Source of the DNA: Isurus oxyrinchus
Lineage: Eukaryota
Assembly: GCA_026770705.1 (NCBI GenBank)
Contig: JANJGN010000152.1
Location: 248,001 to 312,000, forward strand
DNA: 64,000 bases
Reading direction: 5' to 3'
The notes under the pieces were generated by a model. That model saw nothing but the letters and a program-made list of their open reading frames with translations. It searched no databases and was not told the DNA's origin. This document shows positions 1 through 12,359 of this stretch, piece after piece. The stretch's first letter is position 1. Every line of letters begins with the position of its first letter. The position numbers and the translations under genes are program-made.

Positions 1-587
1 CTGGTGCACTCCAGCTCCTGATAAATTTGTCCTTAGCCTGCTTATCTCTTCCCCCTGCTTACTAAACAAATTTTTTTAGATAGAATTACGAACTTCAAAA
101 TAGACAGAGCGTATAGCTACCCGAAGGCCCTCCATATCTATAGCTCAGTGCACTCGGGGCATTAACTGGTAGAATTCTACACTAATTATACGCTTTTCAG
201 TTTTAACGCTGCAAAAGGAAAGCTGCTTGGTAGAATTATTAGGAGTTTGACCTAGGATTGCTTGGATATAAATCTTTTTTTTACTGGATGCAGGCGTCCA
301 TTATTAGCCACCCTAATTGTCCTTGTCAGCCTCAGCCATGTGCTGTGAGATTAGAGACGCAAGTAGTCCAAGTTTCTTCTAAATATTTAATAATGGGCAT
401 TAGATTTGTAATCTGATTTCAAATTCCATCACCGGATGCGAACAGCGGTTCCTGGCATACTAACCCAGTGACAGCACCACTGCACCCTCGCCTTCCTCTC
501 CCTGTTAGTGAAAATGTTAGACAGACTGAGCTTCTTCAGAGTTTCGAAGAATGGGGGGTGATTTAATTCAATATAAGTATGAAGTAT

Positions 588-1120
588 AAAAGCAAAAAAC
601 TGCGGATGTTGGAAATCCAAAACAAAAACAAAAATACCCGGGAAAACTCAACAGGTCTGACAGCATCTGCGGAGAGGAACACAGTTAACGTTTCGAGTCC
701 GAATGACTCTTCATCAGAACTAAGTAAAAATGGAAAAGAGGTGAAATATAAGTTGGTTTAAGGAGGTTGCGACAGGTAGAGCTGGAATGGGGGGCAGTGA
801 TAGGTGGAGATTGCCCAAAGATTTCATAGACAAAAGGACAAAGAGGTGTAGACGGTGGTGATATTAGCTAAAGAATGTGATAATTGTGACATTAAGGGTA
901 GAAAGCAGGATGAGCAAGGTATAGATAGCCCTAGTGAGGGTGGGGTGGGGGGAAGGGATCGAAATAGGCTAAAAGGAAGAGATAAAACAATGGATGGAAA
1001 TACATTTAAACATAATGGAAATAGGTGGGAAAAGAAAAATATAAATAAGGTATTGGAAAAAAGGGGGTTGGGAAAGGGGGTGGAGATGGGGAACAGAGAT
1101 CATGATCTAAAGTTGGTGAA
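588..1120 (-). mobile_element. Penelope-like element 3' fragment
   Basis: Collinear with 39716-40220, the region downstream of the GIY-YIG ORF; ends at gatctaaagttggtgaa, which corresponds to the ORF end. Confidence 0.8.
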
Positions 1121-1505
1121 GTATATAAGATTCTGAATGGTACTGACGAGGTGGATGTGGAAAGTATGTTCCCTCTGGTGGGTGAGTCCAGAACTAGGGG
1201 GCACTGGTTGAAAATTAGGGGTTGCCCTTTTAGGGCAGAGATGAGGAGTTTTTTTTCTCTCAGAGACTTATGTGACTTGGGAATTCTCTGCCTCCGACGG
1301 CAGTGGAGGTGGAGTTATTGATTTTTTTAAGGCAAGTGTACTTTGATTCTTGTTAGGCAAGGGAATCAAAGGTTATTGGGGATAAATGGGAATGTGGAAT
1401 TCTAAACACAAACAGATCAGCCATGGTCTTATTGAATGGTGGAGCAGGCTCGAGGGGCACAATGGCCTACTTCTGCTCCTAATTTGCATGTTCGTTTGTA
1501 TGTTC
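1121..1505 (+). mobile_element. CR1-type LINE 3' fragment
   Basis: Typical CR1 3' end (ccagaactaggggg...gagatgaggag...aatggcctacttctgctcc); similar to 61423-61795. Confidence 0.8.
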
Positions 1506-2104
1506 GTACATTAGGGACTTATGGTTATAAAGTGTGGCTTTATAAGAAAGATTATGTCTGAGGCATCGATATATATACCCCAAGTTTTTTTTTAAAACAG
1601 GTCCAAAGACGCCGTATAAGGAATGAATCATAGACATTACCTGCTCAGACTTCCAAAGAACACCTGATGAAATATCACAAGAGATTTCTATTAAAGCCTT
1701 TGATGTTAGGGGGTGACATACTCAGTTTGATTAGGTCGGCTGACAGGATATAGGTAAAATAAGTTTGGGATAGATTTGGATCTGTTTATCAAGCCCAGCC
1801 CCAGATAAAAAGCACTAATTCTTCTCTTTCTGATGGGGTACGTTCAGACCATGCAACTACAGAGGATCTAGATTTCCATATTTAAAGGTGACACTGAGCA
1901 GTTTCCACGTTGTCAACATGAACTGCAAATAGAGATCGATGCCTATTCAAAGTTACTCTTGTTATGCTGATTTCACATTCATTTGCACTTCCGTCAATCT
2001 GTCTCTTTAACCTTGGACTATCCATCAGTCTGGGTAATTATCGATCTGCTGGTTTATCTATCTATTTGTGTACAGATCATGAAATTTAATGGTGCATTAA
2101 GTAG

Positions 2105-2395
2105 TGTCCATACTTCTGGGCAATAAGCTTCCAGTTCCACCCCAGGACATGTTGGCCACGGAAGATGCATTCGTGACGTGGCAAAGCAGGTTGATTATCA
2201 CCCTGTAAATCCTTCCTTACACCTGATGGCAGGTGGCAAATGCAGGCGATTATTTGTTTATATATGGACACTTCACTGTACCTCCTTTTTCATGTAAATG
2301 TTTTAAGCCACCCTACTACCTACGTCTGTAGTTTATTTTTATCATCAACAAGGCTTGATTTAAAAAGAAACGCTATTGTTTTGGCGTAATGACCC
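2105..2395 (+). pseudogene. Possible highly decayed V-domain relic (FR1-like PPQDMLATEDAFVTWQ)
   Basis: Nucleotide similarity to 26800-26930 (ccaggacatgttggccacggaag vs ccaggatttgttggccatggaag); many stops; no RSS seen. Confidence 0.25.
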
Positions 2396-3287
2396 GACCT
2401 TTATTTAGGCAAAATGCTAATCGTTGTCTTTCTTATCGACAGATAGTCATGGATACAATTCTACATTGAGATATGTGACAGGACGTCCATTTGAAGCTAC
2501 AGCATTTCCTTGAATCTTGAAACCTTTACTCTCTTGTCGTTCTCTCTCTCTCTTTCTCTTTCTCCCATTCAGTTCTTCAAACCCGTCAAGAATCCAGCCG
2601 ATTCGTTGCAATGTCCGTGACCTTTGCTAACATGTTATCAGACAGTAGGGGGCGTTGCAATTGTTCGTTCAATCCTGATTGAATCGAGACATGGCCGGGC
2701 AGCCAGAGGATGATTTCTGGACCCAACAATCGGAACCCCTAATTAGCAAAATCTTTATAAAGACCTATCAATGTAAAACGTGAGAGCAAAGTATTAAATT
2801 GAAAGGAAAGCCTAATGCATTTTCCCAAGCCACCCTGCTCCCAAGCAGCTGAAGTCCTTGGTAATATACAAAAGCTGTTATCACCCTTGCCTCGGGCAGG
2901 CAGAAATATAGACCTGTCTGTAGATAAATGGAATGATAACACGCGCATGAACATAGCAGATATGGGTTGCAAAATGGGTTCGGGATGAATGAGCTGCACA
3001 CAAGATAGAGCTGCTTTTGTTGTACAGTGTTTCTTTGGTTAATACATTTAGCTTAATTAAGGTTACATAGGATCTCAACGTATTCCATGCATTCTGTGCA
3101 AACATTACTGTGGAAAAGCACAAAGAGGGACTTTAAACTAAGGCTGAAAGCCGATCAATATGGGGGTGCGCTGGGTTGGGTGTTTCCAAAGCATTACGCA
3201 ATGCAGCAGCACGATCTTCAGTTAAAGTTATGGGACCTGAAACTGCACAGCAAGGCAGAGAAGGAAATGAGAACCCAGATGTAAAAT

Positions 3288-4138
3288 GGAACTTTGCACC
3301 GGTAAAATGCTATGACTGGATATGATGGATCTAGCAGATCCATCAATACAAGTCTTGTGACCTCAACTGATAGCACTTTCCATGCTTTGGATCACGTTAA
3401 AACGATCGCCTTCCCCTGCCTCTTTAGCTTATTACTTGTATTGGGTATTAGTAGGAACGCAATTGCTTAGTGGCACATCATAAGATTAAAGAAACTCTCG
3501 TCCCCATCTGATGTGCTTGTGCTGGACTTAACCATCACCAACTTGTTGATTATTGCTGCTTCCAACAGATCCTAGCAGATCCTGAGCACCAAAATATAAT
3601 TCAGGGACGTGATAACAGGCAAAGCAGAAAAGGAGAAGAGCCAACATTCCAGCATCTACAGAATTACCTGGAAAAACTCAGCAGGTCTGGCAGCATCGGC
3701 AGAGAAGAAAAGAGTTGACGTTTTGAACCATTTTTCCAGCATCCACAGTTTTTTGTTTTTATTCCAGCATCTATCTTCAAAAGTTTCTTTTCATCAACTC
3801 CATGGGTTGCTTCCCAGTTCCCACTCCTGTCAGTTTCTGTGATGTCAGGACATAGAAGATGAACAGGATCCGGACTGGAATAGCGAACGGCATAATTTCA
3901 GAAATCAGCACGAATATTTCCCGTGGCCTCCACGCCGTGGACATTTCCTTGCATGAAACTGTATTATATAATATCTTTATCTGTCTGAAAATAGTAATTA
4001 AACTCAGAGCTAAGACTTCCAGCCAAGTTTCAATGGACAGAATAACATAGTATCGATGCTTTCTCCAGGCCTGAGACCTGGTGAGGTGGGCAGCAGCTAT
4101 GTATTAGTCAACAACAATGCAGGCCATGAAAGGTGCAT
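3288..4138 (-). pseudogene. TCR alpha/delta-type V pseudogene interrupted by two insertions
   Basis: Leader-like exon 4138-4078 (MHLSWPALLLTNT*LLPTSP, phase 1); acceptor ttttcag near 3985. Frameshifted pieces NTVS..., NYAVRYSSPDPVHLL, GKQPMELMKR, FSALPVITSLNYILVLRI, AFYRCKV join up once the inserts are removed. No RSS found. Confidence 0.5.
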
Positions 4139-4430
4139 ACAAGAGAAGGATAAAACTATTATATAACTGCATTGTGATATAATCTAGGGTAATAGCAATA
4201 ATGTCAACTGTGGAAGCAACAATAATCAACAAGTTGGTGATGGTTAAGTCCAGCACAAGCACATCAGATGTTGACGAGAGTTTCTTTAATCTTATGATGT
4301 GCCACTAAGCAATTGCGTTCCTACTAATATCCAATACAAGTAATAAGCTAAAGAGGCAGAGGAAGGCGATCGTTTTACCGTGATCCAAAGCATGGAAAGT
4401 GCTATCAATTGAGGTCACAAGACTTGTATT
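3345..4430. repeat. 220-bp inverted repeat pair (3345-3564 and 4211-4430)
   Basis: Arms read as reverse complements with only scattered mismatches. Confidence 0.95.
3659..3760. mobile_element. Short Penelope-terminus insertion with 13-bp TSD
   Basis: Flanked by attccagcatcta (3646-3658 and 3761-3773); sequence matches the Penelope terminal region. Confidence 0.85.
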
Positions 4431-4829
4431 TCCACTCTGATTGGATGGGTTAATCTCAGGCGAGGGTGTGAGGACTGTTACGTTCCAGCTCACAAATTTA
4501 TGAATTTGATGTAACATAGAATATGGAGAGCAGTGGAGAAAATAATGACCTTAAATCGTACAATAACAGTTGAGACTACGCGGTCAGATTATTGGCTGTT
4601 AACTTCCCACTTTTATCTCCAACACGTCAATGCTATTTCATTCGTACAGTTTGGCTAATGTACTTCTCGGAAAACTATGGATACCATCTGATATGAGAGA
4701 TCCCTGTGGTGACAACATGCGGGAATCAGAATCCTGTAAATTTACAGATGGAAATAAAGTTATTGAAGTACTCAAAATAATGTCATCCTATATGTTGGAA
4801 AGCGAGCTATCTGGACACTGAATAATGTT

Positions 4830-5390
4830 TCTCACTCTCCCTCAGAAATATGCCTGTCCGCTGCTTGGTATCTCTAATGACTCTCCCTGTGCATGGACAG
4901 TTATTTCCCTGCCTCTCTGTTTGAGCGAGATATTTGCAAACTGCCCACACTGACCCTCAGTCTCTTTCCCTCGGGAAGATATTTGACCCCTGTCTGAGAT
5001 TCCCTAGCCTTTACCTTTTATCTAAATGAAAACTGATTAACGACTCCGACTCCCAACCGCTGATGGAAATATCTGCACGCTGGCTCATGTCTTCAAGTCC
5101 CTCACCTCAGAAAGATATTGGTACACTGATTTGTATCTTTCCGTGCCTCCATCTCAATGAAATATTTGTGCACTAACCAATTGTTCTGAGTCTGCCTCCT
5201 CTGGGGAGGTATCTGCACGCTGACTGATATTGTTTAAGTTTTTCTCTCACAGGAAGATAGTTGCCCACTGACTGGTGTCACCCTTTGCGCTTTGAGTCAG
5301 CAAAATATCTAAAGATTATATGGTGCCCCTAAGCCCCTCTCTTGGAGGTACATCTGCACACTAACTGTTTGCTCTCGGTCCCTTTTCGGA
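4830..5390. repeat. Diverged tandem repeat, period about 48-52 bp
   Basis: Recurring motif agatat(c/t)tg...cac(a/g)ctgac. Confidence 0.55.
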
Positions 5391-5451
5391 GGCTTGGGTA
5401 GGAGGAGGGGTAGGGGAGGGGAGGAGGTGGGTGCGTGTGAGGAGGAAGTAG

Positions 5452-5982
5452 CGGAGAAGGTGGCGTAGCGTTATTGTCACTGGACTAGTAATTCAGCGAC
5501 CCAGAGTAATGCTCTGCACACTGGGGCTCGAAACAATGTGGGTCACCCTGTAATGGCCTAGCAAGTCACTCAGTTGTATCAAGCCTCTAGAAAGCATATA
5601 AGAAGTAAAACCGCACGGGCAACCCGGCATCAAATTAAGGCACCGGAAACTACAACAGCAAACTCAACGCTGTCGACGTTGCAAAATCCTTCTTACTGAC
5701 ATCTGGAGGGTTTGTGCCAAAATTGGTAGAGCTGCCTCACAGACATGTAAGCAATAGCCTGAAATAGTCATCCTCGCGGAATCATACAAGACAGGTAATG
5801 CCCCAGGCACCAGCATCACCATCCCTGGGTATGTCGTGCCCCAACGGCACGGACAGATCCAACAGAGGTGGCGGCGCCGTGGTACACAATCGGGAGGGAG
5901 TTACTCTGGGAGCCCTCAACATTGACTCCGGGCCCCACGAAGTCTTATTGCATCTGGTCAAACATGGACATCTACACCTGAT
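5452..5982 (+). mobile_element. 5' fragment of a non-LTR retrotransposon (tRNA-like head, then endonuclease start)
   Basis: Head matches the SINE heads at 47640 and 51617; 3' part (DSGPHEV..HLVKHG) overlaps the start of the LINE at 20690. Confidence 0.7.
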
Positions 5983-6782
5983 AACCTTTGATTCCTTTGC
6001 CTAACAAGAATCTACCTAGTAGATCAGATGTCAGTACACACTGAGATTTCCATATCCTCAATGCGATATTCAACATTTTCCATATTGTCGACATGAACTG
6101 CAAACAACCATTGAAGGACCAGGGCAACGTATTCATCAATATTTAAAGTAATTCATTCACTGCTGAGGTTTTTCTTACGTCTATTATTTGCCATCTCCAA
6201 AGTAAATAACTCTCTCCCTCTCGTGTCGCAGGTTTATGCCTGTTTCCTTATGCAGCAAAATCTGTCTCAGCTCCTTTATGTCTCTATCTTTGTAGCTAAC
6301 GATTAGACCCCCGATTTAGATTGATGCAGGACTAAGAAGAAAAAGCCGAGCGGAAAATTTACCTAACAGCCCAGCTTTCTTTCGCTACATGTAATTGTAC
6401 TGGACATTTTTTTAAAAAGGAAGGCGCCGCTGGTTTGTGTAATGAATTATTCATTTATTTACTCAAATGCTGAACTTTGTATACCGATTGTCAATGAAAT
6501 AATTAGAAACACAGGTGAGCAAACATACCGTTCGAAATTGTACAACATTTCCTTGAGGATAGAACTCGTCCTTGGTCACCTCCCATCCCGTCTTCTGATA
6601 ATAAGTAATTTTATTAATTAAACACTCAAGTCCGTATTTGGAAAACACCTGTATTACCTCTCCTAACATGACGCCAGATTGGAGGAACCATTGCAGTTGT
6701 TATTTCGTTCTGAAGCCCTCCAACCATTCAAGGTTGAACGCACCCTTTGTGTCCACAGGGAGCCTTGTTGCACATCCCTCAT

Positions 6783-7160
6783 GGGAACATAGAAACAGAG
6801 GACTTACGAGCAGAAATAGGCAATTCAGCACTGGGATTATGCTCCGCCATTTGATAAAATTATGGCAGATCTCGTTATGGTCTCAACTCAGCATTCTAGT
6901 CTGGAAACTATATTTGCCTCTCAAAACAAATATCCAATTTAGCCTTGAATAAAGTCAATGGCCCAGACAAAACCTTTTTCTGAGAAAAAGAATTTCACAG
7001 GCGAATGACCATCTGAGAGAAGACAAAATGTCTTCTCATCTCTCTCTTGAAAAGGAGGCAGCTTGTTTTGAAACAATGTCCCTCTAGCTCTAGCTCTAGT
7101 CCTCATAATCTGGTAAAGGATTAAAAAATAGTTTGTTTCATATTCAATCCTGCTCTGAAC
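6783..7160 (-). mobile_element. Degenerate CR1 3' fragment
   Basis: Reverse complement resembles CR1 3' end (aacatagaaacagagga...aggcaattcagc; cccctctagctctag). Confidence 0.55.
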
Positions 7161-7669
7161 TCTGATTTCCAGCATCCATTTTCCCACATCTTTGCCTCCA
7201 GTTCATCACTAATTTAATGTTAGATTGTCTTAGTTCAATGAAGCGAATTCTCCACTCTGAATCAGGAGGTTATATCCTCACTCAAGATTGAACCCTTCAT
7301 TTAGGCCGCATTGACCGCTAGCGCTGGAAGGGCACTGCCCAGTCGGCGGTGCTGCCTGCCTGGACGAGAGATTAAATATTCTTCCACAATTTGTGCCAAC
7401 TCCAGCCAATTTAATTTTCCCTCCTAACATACCTAGTGGAAAGTGCCTGTGTAAGCAGTTCGGATTGCAATTACACCCTCTCGCCTCCGCAGAGCCCCAT
7501 CACTTCCGTTTTGCTTTTGTGTCTCGGCTGCAGGGGATTTCCGGTGTTGGATTCAACTCAACTTCTCTGCTTCGCACAATGTCCCAAATCTTGCTATTCC
7601 CGTTTAATAAGGATATCAGCTCATATTGAAAGGTGGATGGAATGGATGATGTTGAAGTGGGCCTGAATT

Positions 7670-7790
7670 ACATCCACACTTCAGCGGTTCAAGAAGCCAG
7701 CTCACCATCACCTTCTCAAGCGTAACTAGGGATGGGCAATAGATGCTGGCCCAGCCAGCGAAGCCCACATCCCGTGAATGAATAAAAAAT
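7670..7790 (+). mobile_element. LINE/SINE 3' tail
   Basis: cagcggttcaagaagccagctcaccatcaccttctcaag...gctggcccagccagcgaagcccacatccc followed by an A-rich end; same tail at 11545-11645 (-), 17035-17080 and 51930-51990. Confidence 0.75.
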
Positions 7791-9119
7791 CCTACTGGTC
7801 TAACTCTCCCTGAGCATTCCAGCCCCATTGCAGCTGTAGAGAATCTCCAATTACAGATACATGCTGACCTCTCTGCGCCCCAAATTACTCCAACTCTTGC
7901 TCGTTAGCTATAAATACAAACTTGAAAACAAAGCCTTATGCTGAAGCGATCACATATTGTATGTCCTTAACCTGGGATTGAATTGTTTCTGCGTGCCCTT
8001 TCTCGAGGTTCCCGGCCCTCAGACCGCACCCCAGATGATATCCACGATCGGTCTTGGTTCCTTACGTGAAACGCTAGTGGAGGCGACGAAAAACTCCCTA
8101 AAGCAAGCCAGTCGCAGCAGTAAAATTTGTTTTTTATATTCTATTCATGGTCTATTCAGTGAAGCTCGCATGAGGCTAGAAAGCATCCTGGGAGTCCCGG
8201 CTGATAGACTCTGCTGCATTTTGCCCTCAGTCCAAACTTTCCGCGTTGCCCTACATTACATAACACAGCAGCTACTGCTTATCCTGAATACATTACTTTA
8301 AAATCTTCGTAAATTACATTTATTCTGACGCTCCACCCTTTGCTTTTGAATTTTCATCAATTTTCCAATTGGACATCAAACTGAAATTTGAAAGAGGCAT
8401 ATCTAAAACAGCAACAACGACGTGCATTTATATAGGCCCTTTAATGGAATTATACAGCCCACAACCCTTCGCAGGACCATTTTGAAACAAAATTACAAAG
8501 CGAAAGACTTAGGGAGATGGTAGGTCAGAGCAGCAAAAACTTGCTCAAAGACGTAGGTTTTAAGAAGTGTCTCAAAGGAGAATAGATATTGGTCAGCTGT
8601 GATTAGATACAAATGGCAGCACTCGGCTGAATATGCATCGAGCAACTGGTTGGGATGTCAATGCCGCGAATCCAAACCTCTTCTAGAGCTGAGATCTGGA
8701 GAGATTATTGTAGTGAAAGTGCTTGATCAGCCTCCTGCGTTTGCTACCGTTCTCTTCACTTAGCCATCGTGTTTGTTGTGTTATTTATGAAACTGCATTT
8801 GAAACCCTTATCTATCCTTCAGCAAACCCACGATCATTGGTCTTGGGGAAGTTTCAGAGTCCATTTACAATATTGCTAGTGTTCTGTGATTATAGATACT
8901 GAAGGAATCAAAGTTGCAATTGAAGGGGCAGATAACCATATTGAATGATTGATAGATGCAGTGATAGACACAGTGATTGAGACAGGTGAACTGACACATG
9001 GAGGCACAGGGCGAAAGTTCAATTATGAGGCCAATAGGGATGTGAAAAGGGCAGAGATAAATATAGGTGCAAATATATAGATTTCACGTGGAGATAGAGT
9101 GAGATTGGGACGTTTAGGG

Positions 9120-9830
9120 AGAGATGCGTTGGCATCCTGCTATCCACAAGAAATGATGATGAGCACGCAGCACACAATCCATTTAAGTGGGGTCTATTAC
9201 CTTGGTACACCTTCATGAGGGTTGCCAGGGCCAACTCTTAACAGGCAGGTTCAGCCACAATTGCAGCACATGAAGCCGTCAAGTGACGTTGCACTTTGTT
9301 GTTCTTAACATGAGCGCCTGTTGCCAGGCTGCAGTAGCCATTGATCACGGGGGTAGTGCACGTCAGCCCATAAAAGGTGTCACCATTTTCCTATTTCACC
9401 CGCTACTGACGTCTGATACCGACCGTGGGTGTTCAGGCCCTTCACGTCACGCCTGAAAGTTTCCTTGAAGTAGGGCCCTGGCGCCCAGGTGGTCGCCTGG
9501 CTCGGGATAAGTCACCATACAGAAGACCCCTGGGTTTGCGGCAATCATCCATTCTGTGGATATGCCCGATCTACCGAAGCTGCCACTGTTTGATTGGTGC
9601 CAGCACACTTGGGAGCTATGCCTTTGATACAGCTGTCAAATCTGTGATTCTGTCCTGGTGGACTCTGCCCAGAATGCACCACAGGCAGCGAAGATGGAAA
9701 TTATTGTGCTTCTTTGACTGGTAGCCATAAGTCGCCAATATTTTACCGCTATGAAACAAAGTGCTGAGAGCATGGGCCTTATAAGCAATCAGCTTGACCT
9801 AAAGGGGCAGGTTTGAGTTACACCATGTAC
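9120..9830 (-). mobile_element. RTE-clade LINE 3' fragment
   Basis: Minus strand resembles RTE C-terminal region and is collinear with 49050-49760. Confidence 0.6.
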
Positions 9831-10030
9831 GTTTCGTGGGTTGGGCAAAGATAGTGGTTGTAATCGCATGTATACATGGGGCTTTGCATCAAGGGAATGT
9901 TACCGTGGACCCGAGGTAGCAGAAGTTGCTAATCACTTCGAGTGGGATATTCTTTACTGTGATCAGACGTGGAGATTTCCGCTGGAACCTTGTCCCAAAA
10001 CCATAGCTTACTTGACACTTATATTCAGGA

Positions 10031-10189
10031 CGAACCAGTGACTGACATGGGAGAGACAACCCATGAGCATCGTCAGTGCAGAGGGGTCTCCTGATTGGGA
10101 CACGATGTGCTTTTGTATTTGCTTTAAATCCTGAAAGATTGCAGAGCTTGCTGTCTGACCTATTCTGCAGGTAGACGACTCCCACAATG
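10031..10189 (+). pseudogene. Internally deleted V relic
   Basis: Acceptor atattcag; FR1-like QPMSIVSAEGSP; FR3-like KIAEL..SD; heptamer-like CACAATG at 10183-10189; no nonamer. Confidence 0.35.
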
Positions 10190-10714
10190 AGAGATAGAGA
10201 TAGATATAGAGAAAGAAAGGTAGGAACACATAGAGATATAGTGGCATAGAGCGACATGCAGGTAGATAGTGAAATATAGATAGAAAGATAGATAGATATT
10301 TGGAGAGGCAGAGGCACGTAGACAATAATGGAACGATTATGAGATACGTTGATAGACGGACACTTAATGATGCATAGCTAGAAAGATGAAACATGCATGA
10401 TAGTTAGATGGAAATACACAGTGAAAGATACTGAGAGTGATAGGCAGATAGAAAGATATATACATAGACAGAGGAGTAAATAAATGGACAGATGGCGAGT
10501 ACATGAGTAAACAACATTTACAAAAGCCACAAAATACATCGAGATAGACACACGTTTAAGATTGGAGAGATTACACTAAAATTTATTCAGCTGAAAATGG
10601 TGTAAAATTTCCTCCATTTGCCCATACAAGATAGCTTTCTTTTGCATTTCTTTCAGCTCAAAACAACGGCAAACTCAACCCTGTCGACCCTGCAAATTCC
10701 TCCTTACTAGGCGT

Positions 10715-11180
10715 TTAGACTTACAGACGTTTGCTGCGCTGAAGGATGCCACTCGGCCCATCGTGTCCACGCCGGTCAACAAAGATCTGACCACACTAAT
10801 CCCATTTCCCAGCGCTTGGCCTATAGCCCTGGTGGCTATGGCAACACACGTGAATATCTAAATACTTCTTAAATGTTACGAAAATTTCACACCCGTTCAG
10901 GCAGTGAGTTCCAGACTCCCACCGCCCCCTGGCTGGAACAGAAATCTCCCGACCTCATCTCAGCCTTCTACCTCTTACCTTTAATCTAAGCACCCCCTGG
11001 TTATTGACCCCTCTATAAATGGAAAACGCTCCTTCCTATCTATCCTATCTATGCCCCTCATAATCTTATAGACCTCTGCCAACCTTCGCTACTCCAAAGA
11101 AAACAACACCAGCCTATCCAATCTTTCCTCATAGCTCAGAAGCTCCAGCCCAGGCAGCATCCTGGTAAATCTCCTCTACA
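10715..11180 (-). mobile_element. CR1 3' fragment
   Basis: Minus strand gagatttaccaggatgctgcctgggctggag...gaggaaagattggataggctgg, typical of the CR1 ORF2 end. Confidence 0.8.
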
Positions 11181-11188
11181 GCATTGCA

Positions 11189-11485
11189 AGGACTCATGGT
11201 ACAGAAATACACTGGCGTCGGAGACCAAGGCTTTACTAATCGTTGACTCGGTGATGTCAGTAGTTTTAGCAAACCTAAGAGAGAATCAGTCTGCAAAGTA
11301 GAACTTTCAATTTGTTATCCATCCATGGAGTGGGTGGACAGCGGAGGGTGCTTGGAATGTTGACTACTCCACAGCACATAAGGGTCAGAATAACTTGGTT
11401 GAAGGTGCAGTTCAGGGTGATAATACTTCCTCTTCAGCCGTCATTTCAGCAGCCGACTATTCTACTGTGTGTTGATGGCTCAATT
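11189..11485 (-). pseudogene. TCR alpha/delta V pseudogene exon
   Basis: Acceptor atgtcag; frameshifted translation ELSHQHTVE*SAAEMTAEE/GSIITLNCTF/SYSDPYVLWSSQHSKHPP...FAD*FS...TISKALVSD/VYFCTMSP. RSS position is occupied by CR1. Confidence 0.8.
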
Positions 11486-11643
11486 CTGACATAAATGTTG
11501 GGAATAGTCACCATCTCATCATCAGCAACATCGTTATCAGTGCATCGTTTTATTCATTTACGGAATTTGGGCTTCACTGGCTGAGCTAGCATTTATTGCC
11601 CATCCATAATTGTCATTGAGAAGGTGGTGATGAGCTGCCATCT

Positions 11644-11929
11644 CTTGGCCTAAATAGCCAAGTGGTTATGGTACTGGGTTTATAACCCTAAGATCAAGAG
11701 TTCAAATCTCACTATGGCAAACAATGTAACTTCATCTGAAACAGATGGAAATGGGTTTGTACTCAAAAAAGTTACAGCCAAATATCCTTTGCTTGGCCTA
11801 AATAGCCAAGTGGTTATGGTACTGGGTTTGTAACCCCAAGGTCAAGAGTTCAAATCTCACAATGGCAAACTATGAAACAATGTAACTTCATCTGAAACAG
11901 ATGGAAACGGGTTTGTACTCAAAAGAGTT
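11644..11929 (+). mobile_element. Tandem dimer of a tRNA-Thr(UGU)-derived SINE-like unit (148-bp period)
   Basis: Two near-identical copies starting at 11644 and 11792; A box TAGCCAAGTGG, anticodon loop TTTGTAA (copy 2), B box GAGTTCAAATC; inserted in a LINE tail. Confidence 0.75.
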
Positions 11930-12359
11930 GAACGCTACAATCCGTGTGGTGCAGGTAAACAAACACAAGGAATCGCAGGATTTAAAATGAAGTTGGAATC
12001 AGCTCCCGTGTGTCTGTTCATCTGCATTAAATTATATTACAATAGTAATAATATTAACAGGAATAATGCGACACAAATATGCAAGAACATCGTTCAACAA
12101 GTTGAGAACCCGGTGATTTATCCAATTAGTGCACATTTACCTGAGATCGCCACCAGATGGAGCTCCCACATCGTGCTTGTTTGTTTACTGCCACAGGAAG
12201 GGCACAATAACATGACGATTAAGATCTTGATCTAGTAATCCAGGAGGCCATGTAGTTCTCGGAAGTCAACCTTTCCATCTCATGTGTTGCATAATGTTAA
12301 TTTTCTTTCCCTCCTGGAATTCCTGCTTCCAATTAGGGCACTGCTTTTCCCACAATAAC

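Noticed and set aside
2590-2890. Minus-strand V-like stretch (GKCIRLSFQFNT...VTDIAT)
   Set aside because: Lacks both Cys and Trp; similarity could be chance.
8150-8233. FR3-like ESRLIDSA..FALSP
   Set aside because: Too short and frameshifted, no RSS; may be a real V relic but cannot be supported by eye.
11795-11866. Functional tRNA-Thr gene
   Set aside because: Acceptor and anticodon stems are broken; SINE context.
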